From Vicugna vicugna (lineage: Eukaryota), in the NCBI GenBank assembly GCA_013265495.1, contig MU057640.1, positions 1,249,303 through 1,313,302 of the forward strand: a DNA stretch of 64,000 nucleotides. Direction: 5' to 3'. The translations under genes were made by a program, and so were the position numbers. The notes under the pieces were generated by a model. It was not told the origin of the DNA. It did no database searches and saw nothing but the letters and a program-made list of their open reading frames with translations. Shown here piece after piece: positions 38,999 to 50,600 of the stretch; the stretch's first letter is position 1; the number at the start of each line of letters is the position of its first letter.

Positions 38999-39146
38999 GG
39001 GGAGAGGGTATCATTCGGTGGCAGTGTGCATGCTTGGCATGCAGGAGGTCCTGGGTTCAATCCTCAGTACCTCCGTAAAATAAAAATATAAATAAACCTA
39101 AATATATATAAATAAATAAACCTAAATAAATAAAGATAAATAAGTA
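38999..39146 (+). mobile_element. Camelid tRNA-derived SINE (vic-1-like), older copy
   Basis: gggagagggtatcattcggtggcagtgtgcatgcttggcatgcaggaggtcctgggttcaatcctcagtacctcc with (TAAA)n tail. Confidence 0.85.
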
Positions 39147-39319
39147 AAAGTGAAGGACTTAAGGTGAGAAGCCAGACTTTTCTGTGAAGCTGTTACTACT
39201 TGTAAAACTGCCATGGGTCACATTTAACCCTCATCATGAAGAATAAAGGACTTGTCCTCTGATAAGAGGGGTTTCATGGGTGGGAAGAGTTCACATGGAG
39301 AAGAGAAGAGGACCATGGC

Positions 39320-39790
39320 AGGGGGGCTTAGATGACAGAGAGATAAACTGACACGGGGCTCATCCCCATCCTGCCACTAACTGGGAGAGGACCTCGGGCA
39401 CATCATTCAGAGGCCTGGGGCCTCCGTTTGCTCATCCTGAGGAGAATCTGACAGTCCATTCGTCAGGCCGGCAACACGTGTCATTGAGCAGAGACCCCAG
39501 GCGAGGTCCGGGAGAAGCCTGTGAGCATTTCACCGTCTAGGGTGCAACTCAAGTCATCTCTAAGCTCCCTTCCCGCTCTAGAGTTCAACCTGCTGGGGAG
39601 AAGAGAGCTTAGGTTTGGGATACTTTGCTGCCCGATTTAATTCCCAGCCCTGACAATTACTAATTGGGAATTGGGAAAAGTTCCTTACCCTCCCTAAGGC
39701 TCAGGGAGGTGTCTAAAATAGGCATAATAAGAAGTCACTGTAAGAAATAAACAAGGCAATGCATTCCCCTTCCCTAGCCCGTGTTGCTAC
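39320..39790. mobile_element. MIR fragments with an L2 piece
   Basis: ctgccactaactggg..gggcctccgtttgctcatc; gggaaaagttccttaccctccctaaggctcag..taaaataggcataataa. Confidence 0.6.
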
Positions 39791-41783
39791 TGGGAGCCAC
39801 AGCGTTCCCAGCCCCCGCGCATCTAGGTCTGGTCGGGTGATTTGTTCTTGCCAATTTGAATGAAGCACAACAGATGTGAGTCACGTGCAGCCCAAGCCTT
39901 ACAGAAACCCTTCTGTTTATCTGCTTTCTTCTGTTTCCCTCGAGGGGATTGGGGTGGAGCTTGCCTGGCTCCATTACCTACTTATTTTTTCCTGTGAACT
40001 TGGTCACCAGCTTGCCCATTTCTCAATAATACCCAGTTACTATTTCTTTTTTAAACAGAATTGTAGCATAAATTATCTTAGGTAAAACTGACATTTTTAA
40101 TTTTCTTATACAGAAATATTTTGTCTTTTCCAATTTGCTCAACTCTTATCTATGTCCCCGCAGGGGAATTTTTAAGATTCTTTAGTTTATTCCTTTGCAC
40201 TTTGTCTTAATCACCTGGACTCTTTGGCCCTTTATGTATTACAGTAATTTAATCCATTTATAAAAATGGAATGAAGGATGGAGAATTAAAACACTCTGCT
40301 TAGGAAATTTATAGCAATTCTGAAATGGGAGAATGGCAGCTAGAGAGGGTTGGAGGTGTGAAAAACAGAGACTGCAAGGGAGTGGGGAGAAAGAAAGGAA
40401 GTTAGAGACAGAGAATGAATCTCCATACAGGTCTTTCCCCTGTGTTGCCTTCATCCTCCACCTTCTCCTTCCTTCTTCCAGGAATCAAGCACTCCCTACC
40501 AAAGGAATCCATTTTAATATCATCAATCCTTCTATACCTTGCAAAATTTTGCATTTCAGTCTTATTTTTTCCCTCCCACCCAATAATGGCAGGGCAGCAG
40601 TGGTAGTGATGAAGGGAGCCTGGCTCACACTTCTGTTGATTCTCCACAAAATGACCCTGGTTGCTATACTGCATTTTAATAGATTTCAGATCTAAGTGGT
40701 TAGGATAATCCAGTCCCTCTGACAGTGGCCTAGGAAAGATCTCTTTTGTCTCTTCCTTCTTGTTCTTAGAGCTCAGAAGAATTTCCAGAAAGGGATCGAA
40801 TTATGGGCAGCTTTGTCTTCTGTTACCTCTCTTTTATGTTTGAACCACAACTCTATGGTTCCTGCAATCCATGGGCATAAACCTCTGACCACATGGTCAC
40901 TGACAACCCCAGGTCAGCCAGGTGGCCTGTGATTGCCCCCAGGGGCCATGTCTCCCACGCCCGAAATTGCCTAACTGACCCCTTCGACGGTTTCAAAATG
41001 GCAGTAAGCAGAAGCAGCTATATGCACCCCATGTTGAGCGTCATCTGCGGAATGTGGATGAAAGAACACACTGCCTGTGATAAGGTGTAGATACAAGGCA
41101 GAATTGGGAGGTAAACTTACAAGCAGAAAGTGAGAGGAGACATGGGGCACCCCCTAAGCTCTCACTATCCCAACGAAAAGCCAGAAACCAGGGCACAAAT
41201 GAATACACCTTACCCTTGGCTTCATCTGGAAACTTTCCCTCTGCTGCTCTGCATTTGTATAGGGCAGCTGGACAGTAACCTCATAAACAGGAGGAAAGAA
41301 TCTGAGCGTAAGCTCCACCTGTCCAGGGAGATGGCAGAGCTGTGCTGACAGCAGCTGGAGGTCTTGTAGAAAGTCGAGACTGCGTGCAGCTCCTTATGCT
41401 GAGCCCAGGTGGCTTGTTGCCAGGCAACCTGCAGAGACCTCTGGGGTCATTCAGTGGATGATCTTGCTTGTTGAGCACTAGCATCCCAATCTCGGGACGC
41501 TGAGCACTAACACTGTGTGTTTTAGAGGATAGAGACCTAGAGGCATTGTGTTATAAATTTTTAAACTTTTTAACTTTTTTAACAGTGGTTGAATAAAAAC
41601 AATTCAAATGCTTAGTTTGAATTTACAGTTAGAGATGCGTGCAATTGGTCTCAATGCGCAATTTCTTTCTGAGTAGCCTTACATTCAAATAAATACACTT
41701 CCCATCACGTGGTTTTTTGGCTATAACACTTTTCTAAAGTACTGGGTTTTTTTGGTTTTTTTTTTACTTTGTATTAAGAGAAA

Positions 41784-42860
41784 TGTCCCGCCTTTTCATC
41801 AGCTGGGCACTTCCTTCCCCTTGTTGTTAATCAACCAGGGTCAGGACGCCTGCCTAACCACCTCTCTCACCTCCCTCCAGAGAGACTTCATACTCAAGAA
41901 TCTTCTTGGGAACGTGGACGGAGGTCTCTAACTTCCATAGCTTCTTCCTGCTGTTCAGGGGTGTGGGCCTGCCTACCAGAGTAGAAGTCTCCCTCTATCT
42001 TTTCTAAATCTAGGTAATCAGACCCTGGGATAGGCTTCCATCCATGTAGCAGCAGAACCTTATTTTGAAACTGCTGGAGATGATTTGAAATGAAGTGGGA
42101 AAGTACTTGAATTAAAATGGCCTGGTAATCAGGGCTAACCGAATAATTAGAGCAGGGCCTAGGGAGGGCGATGACCAAGGTAAGACACTGGGCATTTGCC
42201 CGCTGAGTTCTCCACCCTGTTTTCTGATGTTTTCTGCCGGCTCTGATAAACTTCTGATCTCTTCCTCTACCTGGCCTGATTGGTTTAATTAAAACAGCAT
42301 TTTTCCCTTAGAAAGACACAGGTCCCTCCCAGGCTTGCGGTGAGGAGACCTAGGGCTCTATGATTTTGTAAAACCACAGCTGCCAGAGAGTCAAGTTGAG
42401 ACTGGAGTCGGCTAAGAGTCCAGGCAGTTTTCTCAATAGTCTGGGCAGTATCGCTAGAGAGTTGTTGAAAAACATGCAATGAAGTTCCTCCCGTGGCCGC
42501 TAAGAAAAACGAAATGAAGAAGGGAGGTACAACCTGGGAAGGGTAAGGTGTTGTGCCCCCAAATTATATGTATGTGAGGGGTAACATAATCCAAAGAGCA
42601 AGTCCCAGTCCACCTGCTGGAAGAGATGGATAAGCTTTAAAGCCACAGATGACATGGACCCCAGTCATAGGCTCTACCTGACTGCGGTGTCAGTGCACCA
42701 GAGTGAGACTGGGTCTCCATCATTTTGACACTTGAGGACAAGGCATGAGTAAGGGCAATTTATAAGTTTTTCAAAGAAAATAGTGGTCCCCTGTGCGGCC
42801 AGGTTTAGGGCAGGCAAGGAAGAAAGAAATGGATTCAAATGTTGCATGGCACTGAGCATC
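41784..42860 (-). pseudogene. env: Decayed gamma-type (ERV1) retroviral env: SU C-terminus, TM ectodomain, anchor, cytoplasmic tail, polypurine tract
   Basis: Minus-strand frames give ICGFKAYPSLP/RWTGTCSLDYVTP (SU end), SLAAVVLQNHRALGLLTASLGGTCVFLREKCCF (ISD + CX6CC), NQSGQVEEEI..LPWSSPSLGPALII (HR2/anchor), FISNHLQQFQ..PEQQEEA (tail), then PPT aaaaggcggga at ~41786-41796; several frameshifts and no furin site. Confidence 0.9.
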
Positions 42861-43139
42861 CAGAGCAGAAAAGGGGGACTCTGTCGGTTCTAACGGGTTG
42901 GTTTTTTTTTTCCTTCTCTGCAGATGCCTCCTGAGACTTAGGTAAGAATAATTGGTTTCTAGTCAAGGGAGGGGCAGGGGTATGATCCTGGGAGCAACAG
43001 CCTTGGTAACAAAAGGGAAAGATGCTATTAACCAGAATGCAGGCAATCTGGTGGACCCAGCATTTTCCCCCTCCACTGCCCCCACTAAAAAAAAAATCTC
43101 CACAGATTCTGTTCAGTCATGAACGTTCTAAAGGGAAAT

Positions 43140-43323
43140 GGGGGAGTAATCTCAGTTAATGGTTGAGATAGGTGGTCAGAGTCACCACCATCCCCAGTGC
43201 CTGCAGCCTTGTCCTAATCATCTGCTTGCGCCTGAGGACTCAGGGGGCCCTGGGAGACTTCCGCTTTTCTATGAACAAGAAGCAGGGTTGGGGGAGGTGC
43301 CCACAGGGCGCTCCCTTTCATCA
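43140..43323 (-). mobile_element. Partial ERV1 LTR (U3 start) upstream of the env relic
   Basis: gactcagggggccctgggag..aacaagaagcaggg..cccacagggcgctccctttcatca resembles artiodactyl ERV1 LTR ends (terminal CA on the + strand). Confidence 0.55.
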
Positions 43324-43327
43324 CCAG

Positions 43328-43990
43328 TGACCACATAGTACATGATGCCATTCACATGAAATGTACAGAATAGGCAAGTCTGTAGAGACAGAAAGTAGAT
43401 TCGTGGTTACTTAGGACTGGGGACGAGGAGAATGGGGTGATATCTTAGGATTATGGGGTTTCTTTCTGAGATGAGAAAAATGTTCCACGGTTGACTGTGG
43501 CAATGGTTGTGCATGTCTGTGCATATGCGAGAATTGATTGAATTGCATACTTCAGATGGATGAATTGCATAGTATGGGCTGAATGTTTGTGTCCCCCAAG
43601 AGTGATATGTTGAAGCTATAAACCCCAACATAATGGTATTTGGAGGTCGGTCCTTTGGGAGATAATTAGGTTTAGATTACGTTATGAGGGTGGGGCCCTC
43701 AGGATGGGACTAGTGCCCTAATAGGAAGACAGAGAGATCCTCTCTCCACCCACATGCACTGAGGAAAGGCCATGTGAGCACAGCGAGGAGGTGCTGTCTA
43801 CAAGTCAGGAAGAGGCCCTCCCCAGCAGTGAAATCCACTAGCACCTTGATCTTGGACCTCCAGCCTCTAGACTTGTGAGAAATGCATGTCTGTTATTTAA
43901 GCCACCCACCTATATTGTTACAGCAGCTCAAGCAGACTAAGTCATAGGTATGAGAATTCTATCTCAATAAAGATGTTTAAAAAAAAAGAA
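43328..43990 (+). mobile_element. Old L1 3'UTR interrupted by an MLT1A LTR
   Basis: gaaatgtacagaataggcaagtctgtagagacagaaagtagatt..ggatgaattg | ggtatgagaattctatctcaataaag + A tail. Confidence 0.85.
43571..43943 (+). mobile_element. MLT1A-type MaLR solo LTR
   Basis: gtatgggctgaatgtttgtgtcccc..ggtatttggagg..gcaccttgatcttggacctccagcctc..cagcagctcaagcagactaagtca. Confidence 0.9.
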
Positions 43991-45097
43991 AGGAAGGAAG
44001 GAAGAAGGCAAACACAAGGACCTAGTGCCTCAGTTCATTTCCTCCTTGGAAATCAACTCTGCACAACAGGGCATAAGGCAGCTTTCTCTAGGACCCTCAA
44101 AAAACTCTGGAATCTTGTTATGCCTAAGTCTAGATTCCTGAGGCCTTCTTTATATTTGTATAACTAGGAGGGACTCGCAAGGGAGTGATTCCTCTCAAAT
44201 AAAAACACAGCAAGCTACACTTGTCAATAAGTTGTCAATAGAAACCCAAAGGAAACTACAGTGATGGTTTTATATGAAACAAAAACCATTTCTGATATAA
44301 ATACAAGGGAGAAATAAAGTCCCGTTATGTTCTTCTCTTACTTCTCCTGCTCTGTGTGTAACACTGTTGGTAGGAACTGCCTGCACACAGCTTTCCCAAA
44401 GCACGTATAATCGCTTTGGGAATGGAGTCAACATCTGTATGTATTTGATGTTGGCCAAAACTACTCAAACGGTTCCAAAGCTGATACGTCATTTCCCTAG
44501 TAATTAGTGAGAAGCGCTATTAAAGTTGTGCTTTGCAAAACAAGCCAAGTACCCCCTGTGTGAAATCCCCTAGAGGACTCTCTCTTAATTCCTAAGCCAG
44601 CTCAGTCTGGAAAGGCTGATGGCTCCGCTCACGGTGCTGAACTATACTGTTGTGCTGTATTTAAAGGTGTTTAAGGTAAATTAATTGAGTCGCTGCTAAG
44701 TGTGAGCTCATCAGTGAAAGCACAACAAATCAGATTTTTCTCTGGTTTCAACAGCTGTCTTTTCATGCTCCCTGCTCCCCCCCCCCACCCCGCCCCTATG
44801 CTTGCTGTCTCTTTAAGAAATCAGCCTCCTCCAGAGCTGGGAGTTTCACTGTCTCTTGTGATTCTTGCTGTAGCTGCTCATCCCCACCCCACAGCCCCTG
44901 ATCCAAGCATAAGGATGACAGAACAGGAATCACCCAGCACATACATCCCTGTGGCTGTCAGGCCTCTGCTCTAAAGCCAGGCTCTTGATTCTTTTAAGAG
45001 CTTCTCACTCAGAATCTTTTTATACTTTTTTAAACACATAGTTGTGACAGTCCTAGCTACCTGGTTTTCTAGCCACCACAAGACTAGAAGTAGCTAA

Positions 45098-45578
45098 TGT
45101 TGTGGGAGTCGGTGGGCTGGTACGTGGACAGTCAAAGAATTTTCCAGAGACAAAGGAGGAAGATAGCAAAGAGTTTATTAGATATGCTGCTATAGGCAAC
45201 AGCGGGCACAGATGAGAGGGTGCTGAGGTCTTTTATAAGGGAGGGTAACTTAACTCCTTGTGCTTATGGGACATTGGACACAAAGGGCATCACCGGGGGC
45301 GTGATCGGCTTGTGCACAGTTCTCTGATTGGTTGACGTTGAGGTAACAGGGAAGGGAGGGGCTCGTGGAAGGGCAGGGCTAGGGATTTGGGTAGAGGGTT
45401 GTGACCAGTCCTGATGGCTAGGCTTCCACCGTAGGGTTGATCACTGTCTAGAGTAGTGAGTTCAGCTAAAGCAGGTAAGTATTAAGAAAGGAATGTTTTC
45501 TGTTATCTTTAAAGGGCGGCAACTGGACACTTGAGGGGCCTTGGAGCAGGAACCTGCCAGATGTCTGTGGACTCCACA
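45098..45578 (-). mobile_element. ERV solo LTR with intact promoter/polyA signal order
   Basis: TG..CA termini; perfect 5-bp TSD gctaa at 45093-45097 / 45579-45583; on the minus strand CCAAT (~45327), TATAAAA (~45231-45237), AATAAA (~45174-45179). Confidence 0.85.
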
Positions 45579-46059
45579 GCTAATTGGTTGTTGGAGGCAA
45601 GCCCCAGTCAGAGACCATAAGCATCAGATAAAAGAAAGGGAGAAGGTGAAAAACCCTGAACTTGAAAATCACAGCCATCACTTCACGCAGATGCAAAGAA
45701 ACTTCTATCTCAACAGCAACCTGGGAGTTTATTGCTCTATAGAAATAAAGTTCCTGTCCTGAATCGTGGTTCTGAGACGTGGAAACATTATACTATGTTC
45801 AAGATACTCTACTTCAAAGAGCAGAGAAGTAATATAATAAAGTTATATATTTAGGTATGGATGGAAAAGTTTCATTCAGAAAGGTAAAAAATAATTTAAA
45901 ACATTGGCAGTTAGAGAAGAAAATGGTTGTCATGTAAGAGTTAACCTTTTTAAAACAGCCTGTACCTGGCTACTCTGAATTAATAAAGGTGAATCCAAGG
46001 CAAAGAATGCATTGCTAACATTGGCAATTCTCATGTAGTAATATTTGGTGAAATTCCAG

Positions 46060-46320
46060 AGTCCCTTCCTTAAGCAAATGTTGAGTGTTGAGGAGGTACC
46101 AGATGCTGAGCTAGGAGACAGGAAGAAATCAGACCTGGTACCTGCCTCAGAGCCTGCGCCTAGCGGGGAGGCGCATCTAGGTGCAGAAATAAGTACCACG
46201 CAATGTGGTGCTCTTTTTATCAAGTGCTTCAGAGCCATTCAGAGAGCAGTGTATTCCTCCTGGAAGAGATGAGAAAGGCTTACAACAAGGTATAGCTTTT
46301 GAGATGTACCTTAATAGGGT
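46060..46320 (-). mobile_element. L2 fragment
   Basis: aagcaaatgttgagtg..gtaccagatgctgagctaggag..agacctggtacctgcctcagagc. Confidence 0.6.
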
Positions 46321-46366
46321 TTTAAGGGTGATAATAAACCTCATTCATCCCCTTGCAGTTCTAACC

Positions 46367-46406
46367 AATTAAGAAGTAGGGAGGAAAATTAAGAAGTAGG
46401 GAGGAA
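46367..46406. repeat. Perfect 20-bp tandem duplication
   Basis: aattaagaagtagggaggaa x2. Confidence 0.95.
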
Positions 46407-47149
46407 AACAGTGCATGTAAAACCGGATTCAAGAATGAGGCTTGGGTCTACAAGTGAAAAATAAAATCTTCCCGACGTGTCTCCTATTGTCTAAACTTCA
46501 GGAATTGCACACAGGGAGTTCATAGGAAAATCAGGTGAGCGGGGCAGACTCTTAGCCAGCTTCAGGCTGAACTGTGACCTGCATCCCACGGGTTAAATGT
46601 GGAAGAGTGAGAAAGACCATCTGTGGGGAGTCATTTGAACCCGTCAGCCTTGTGAAATAGAGAACTGTAACTGTGGGGGAGGGTGTCTAACTCTCCAGCC
46701 AGGTAAACCGTGCCTCCTTCCCTCCGGAGACACAGCCAAGAGGAAGAGAGAGGGGCCAGAGGTGCTCCTGTGACACTGTTCCCTCCCGGTGAAGAGAGCA
46801 GGCGTGCCCTCCCCTCTGCCCTGAAAGGAGGAGCACAGACAAGCACCACACGTAACAGGTCCTGAAGGATAAACAGATTCAACAGGTAGGTGAGAGGGAG
46901 CATTCCAAGTAGAGAGGAAAAGCGACAGCAAAGCAGGGAGGTGTCAGTGTCCCAAGTGCCCTGGGAAATGGGCGGGAATCATTGCGAGTTTCTTGAAATA
47001 TGTCAGTTTTCTAACCGAAGGTGGTCGATGCCCAGGAGTAGATATTTCTATGTCTCTAAATCTAAGCCCTTATTTCTTATCATACTCAGCCCAGGACCTA
47101 AAAACAGCACAGAAGGGCTTCACGAGTTTGTATGTAACTTGCTTAGGGT

Positions 47150-49170
47150 CCACGAGCTTTCGGAACCTGTGGGATGTTGTCTTTCATCGGTCTGGGAAAC
47201 TTTTTAAGCATAACCCCTTTAACTATTGCTTCTGTCCATTCCCTCCCTCTGCTCCTTCTGACACAGGACAAATGGGGCACGAGAGGATGGCCATGTCCTG
47301 GATCTCAGGTGAGCTCCTGAGACGTGCGCTGCCAAGTGAGGGTCCTTGGCTTCACGCAGGAAAGAACTCAAAAGGGAGCCATAGGAGAGTGAAGGTAGAT
47401 TTATTCAGAAAGATGCACACTCCACAGACAGAGTGTGGGCCGTCTGGAAAGATGGGGAGAGAGAGAGGGAGAGAGACCATGAGGTGTGAGGTTGTTAGTT
47501 TTCTGGGCTTGGTAACTTCATGTGCTAACAAGTGAGAGGATTATTCCAGCTCCTTTGGGGAAGGGGTTGGGAGTCCCAGGAACTGGGCCATTGCTCACTT
47601 TTTGACCTTTTATGGTCAGACTTGAAACTGTCGTGGCACCTGTGGGAGTGCCATTTAGCAGCTAATGTATTACAATAAGCGTATATTGAAGCTCAAGGTC
47701 TACCAGGAGTTGAATCTTTCACCATCTTGGTGCTAATGGCTCTGCCAGTCTTTTAACGGTTGTGCCCTGCCCCCTTCCCTCCTGTCTCACTTCTGAGACT
47801 CCAATTACCCCAATGTCACACTGTTAATGCTTATTTTTTCATATTTTTCTTCTGTATAATTTGTTTTGAATGTTTTCTAATATCCTATCCTCCAACTAGT
47901 TAGTAAATTGTGCTCACAATCTGCCATTGAACCCATTCACTGAGTTCTCAGTTTTAGATATTGTATTTTTCAGTTCTAGAATGTCCATCTGATTATTCTT
48001 TTTATAGATTCTATTCCAAATGTGTGGTGAAATTCTCTATTCTGTCATCGGTTTTGTCCATCTTTTCCTCTATTTTCTTGAAAATATTAATCATAGCAAT
48101 CTGAAAGTTCTTATCTGTTAATATCTGGACCATCTATGGGTTTGTTTGTTTCTGTTGTCTAATTTTTAGATTTAGTTATCTGTGATATGATCTTGCTTTT
48201 CATGTGTTTAGTAATTGTTTATTGAATGCCAGGCATTTTGATAAAAGACCTGTAAAGGCTCTGGGTGATGTTCTCTCTCCCATTTCCTCTGTTAAGCATT
48301 GGGCAGGAGATTGTTCATCAGAGACTGAGCTGAATCAGGGCCTGGATGCAATTTTGGTAAGAGTTTTGATAAGACTCTGTCTGTCTCCTGGGGTGCTTGG
48401 CATGTGACTCCCTCAGAGTCTTCAGTTAGAGCCTGGAAGGTCTTTGTCTCTTTAACCCTGAAGACTGCAGGAGATTCAGTTCTGCCCTTCACAGGTTTTC
48501 CAGCTTAGCTTTTTAGCTCTGACCTCATACAGATTCAAAATTTAGTGCACATCTTGAAAGGGAGCCTAGCCATCTGTCGAGGTCCCTCTAGTCTTCAGTT
48601 GTGACACCCCAGTTTCTCATAAATATCATAAGCTCTCTATCTTTCAGCAGCAGGCTTAGAGATCAAACCTCTAGCAGCTTCTGGAATTAATGTGACCCCC
48701 AGAAAAAGGGGCCTGTGGAATCCCGGTGTCCATGCACCGCTCTCCCTACAGCTTTCATCTGTTGCCTTGTCGTCGGTTCGCTACCACCTGACCATTTTAG
48801 TTTCCTCAGCCCCTCCAGACCATTGGATATTTCACTCTGCCTTTTAAAACTTTTCACCTAACTCTTGTCACCCCCCAACAGCCTCAGATTCAGGAAAGGT
48901 TTCATGGGGGAGCTAGCCATGTCTTTGAGTCTTCTAAAATCCCTGCTTGGAGCAGTGCAGCCCCACAGAACCCCTGAGAGTTTTGCTGATTTCTCTGCCC
49001 CCTCCCTAGCATGGCTTCTGCTGGTCCTCAGCTCAGCCCAGAATCAGAAAATGACCCAGGGGAATAAAGGGCAGCCAACTCTCTGCTCACCTCTAGACAG
49101 TCCTCTCCTTTCTGAAATTTTAGTCCATTTATCCTTGCAGTCTTCTCAACTCTCTGATGCCATTAAAAAT
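47150..49170 (-). mobile_element. Old L1 5'/ORF1 region, interrupted by an LTR
   Basis: tctgggaaacttttt..tattgcttctgtccattc..cttctgagactccaattac..aacccattcactgagttc..ttcagttctagaat are antisense L1 ORF1 motifs. Confidence 0.7.
47259..47789 (-). mobile_element. ERV1-class solo LTR
   Basis: Inverted termini TGACACAGGA..TCCTGTCTCA (9/10); perfect 4-bp TSD cttc at 47255-47258 / 47790-47793; TTTATT at ~47400. Confidence 0.85.
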
Positions 49171-50460
49171 AGTGGGGGACAGACGTTACACTGGTGAACC
49201 GCCCTGTGTCTGGTGGGGCAGGGCTCACAGACGGAGCTGTGGGACTGGAAAGGCTCTGAGGCTTTTCCCACTCCCAGGTCATCATCCAGCTTGGCAAGGA
49301 GCGTGATGGCTTTAGGAATGGGATAAGAAAAAAGTTTTAAAAGCAAAGACTGCTTAGGAAAGAGTTAAGCAAAGGGTTACGGCTCAAATTTTGGCCCTCA
49401 CATGACTCAAGTGAATGAAAAACGAGCAAAAATATTTGTAAATCGGGAGATGTACACACACACCACACACACGTCTAGATTTCTGTGGTTAATTTAAAAT
49501 GGAAGTGATCTTGTAACCAGGCTTATAGTGTCAGTAGTGAATGCTGTGCTGAGGCGGAACATGCCCCCTCTAGCAGAGCCTGGGATGAGGTAAGTGGGAG
49601 CAAATGCCTGAGAGCAAATGCCTCCTTACATTTTCACCCCGATGCCTCACTCTCCTCACCTGCCTCCTCCAGGCTGGCTCCCACCCACCCACACCTGCTT
49701 CTCTTGTCCCAACAGCAGACACGGCAACTCCAAAAAGCTCATTCTGGAAACTCTCCCTCTTTCCTTCACTGCTGCTTAAATGGAGTGTCTGTATTAATTA
49801 CAAACAACTTCATTATCCAGTGGGAAAGCGCATCTCTGCCCCTTCACACACCACCCCCCGCCCCGCCCCTCACAGCTCAATGGCGCCTCAAACCAGAAGC
49901 CAGTTGCTAGGAGACCAGCCGGCAAACTTCAAGAGATGAGTGGTTTCTAGGTTTTCTCTCTGAAGTTCTCTACCCAATCCCAACTCAGGCCAGCCTATCA
50001 GTATATTAAAAAAAAACAAAAATGGAAAGAACACACACACTCTCCCCTCCATAACTTCAAAGGAGACTTTGCATGTATTATTAGAGAAATAACAAAGCTG
50101 TTTATTAGCATAGAGTAAAATATAGTCTCAACTTCTTAAAGTTTTACCTGTAACGCTGGTGTCTGCTTCCTTTAGATTGTCAGCATGCTGTGTTGCGATA
50201 GACACCCCTATGAAGTTGTAAGGGCTTTTTTCCTTTTCTTTTCATCTTCCTTCTTCTAGAAATATGAAGGTGATGGGCTGGACCACAGAGAGAAACCTTA
50301 AAAAAAAAATAAAAGAAATAAGATACTCTTCTGCACTGAATTTGCAATGCAAAGGCTCAACTTGGTTGGTCCAATAGCTTGTATCCCTTAGAAGATGTGG
50401 GAGTCCAGTTAAATGATGAAAGTCCTAAAATATTCACAAAGAAAATATGCAGCATCAATA

Positions 50461-50600
50461 AGGAAGTATTCAATATAATGTGCCACAGACATATCTAATC
50501 TTTTTCTTCCAGTGGCAGATGGTAAACAGGATGTTGAGAAATTGAGATCAGGGTCTCCGAGACAGCGAGCGAGCGGCTGCTGTGTAAACAGGAACCCCGC
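50461..50600. promoter_or_regulatory. Candidate enhancer with two FOX:ETS composite motifs
   Basis: GTAAACAGGATGT 50522-50534 and GTAAACAGGAA 50584-50594, E-box CAGATG 50516-50521, AGGAAGT 50461-50467, in unique sequence. Confidence 0.45.

Noticed and set aside
42285..42479. env fragment as a functional syncytin or captured env gene
   Set aside because: Multiple frameshifts and stops, no furin cleavage site, and no signal peptide or full SU; this copy cannot encode a fusogen
46993..47535. 180-aa ORF
   Set aside because: It runs across unique DNA, antisense L1 and an antisense LTR; a chance open frame
49561..49580. CTCF-like motif
   Set aside because: It mismatches core consensus positions and cannot be supported without ChIP or conservation data
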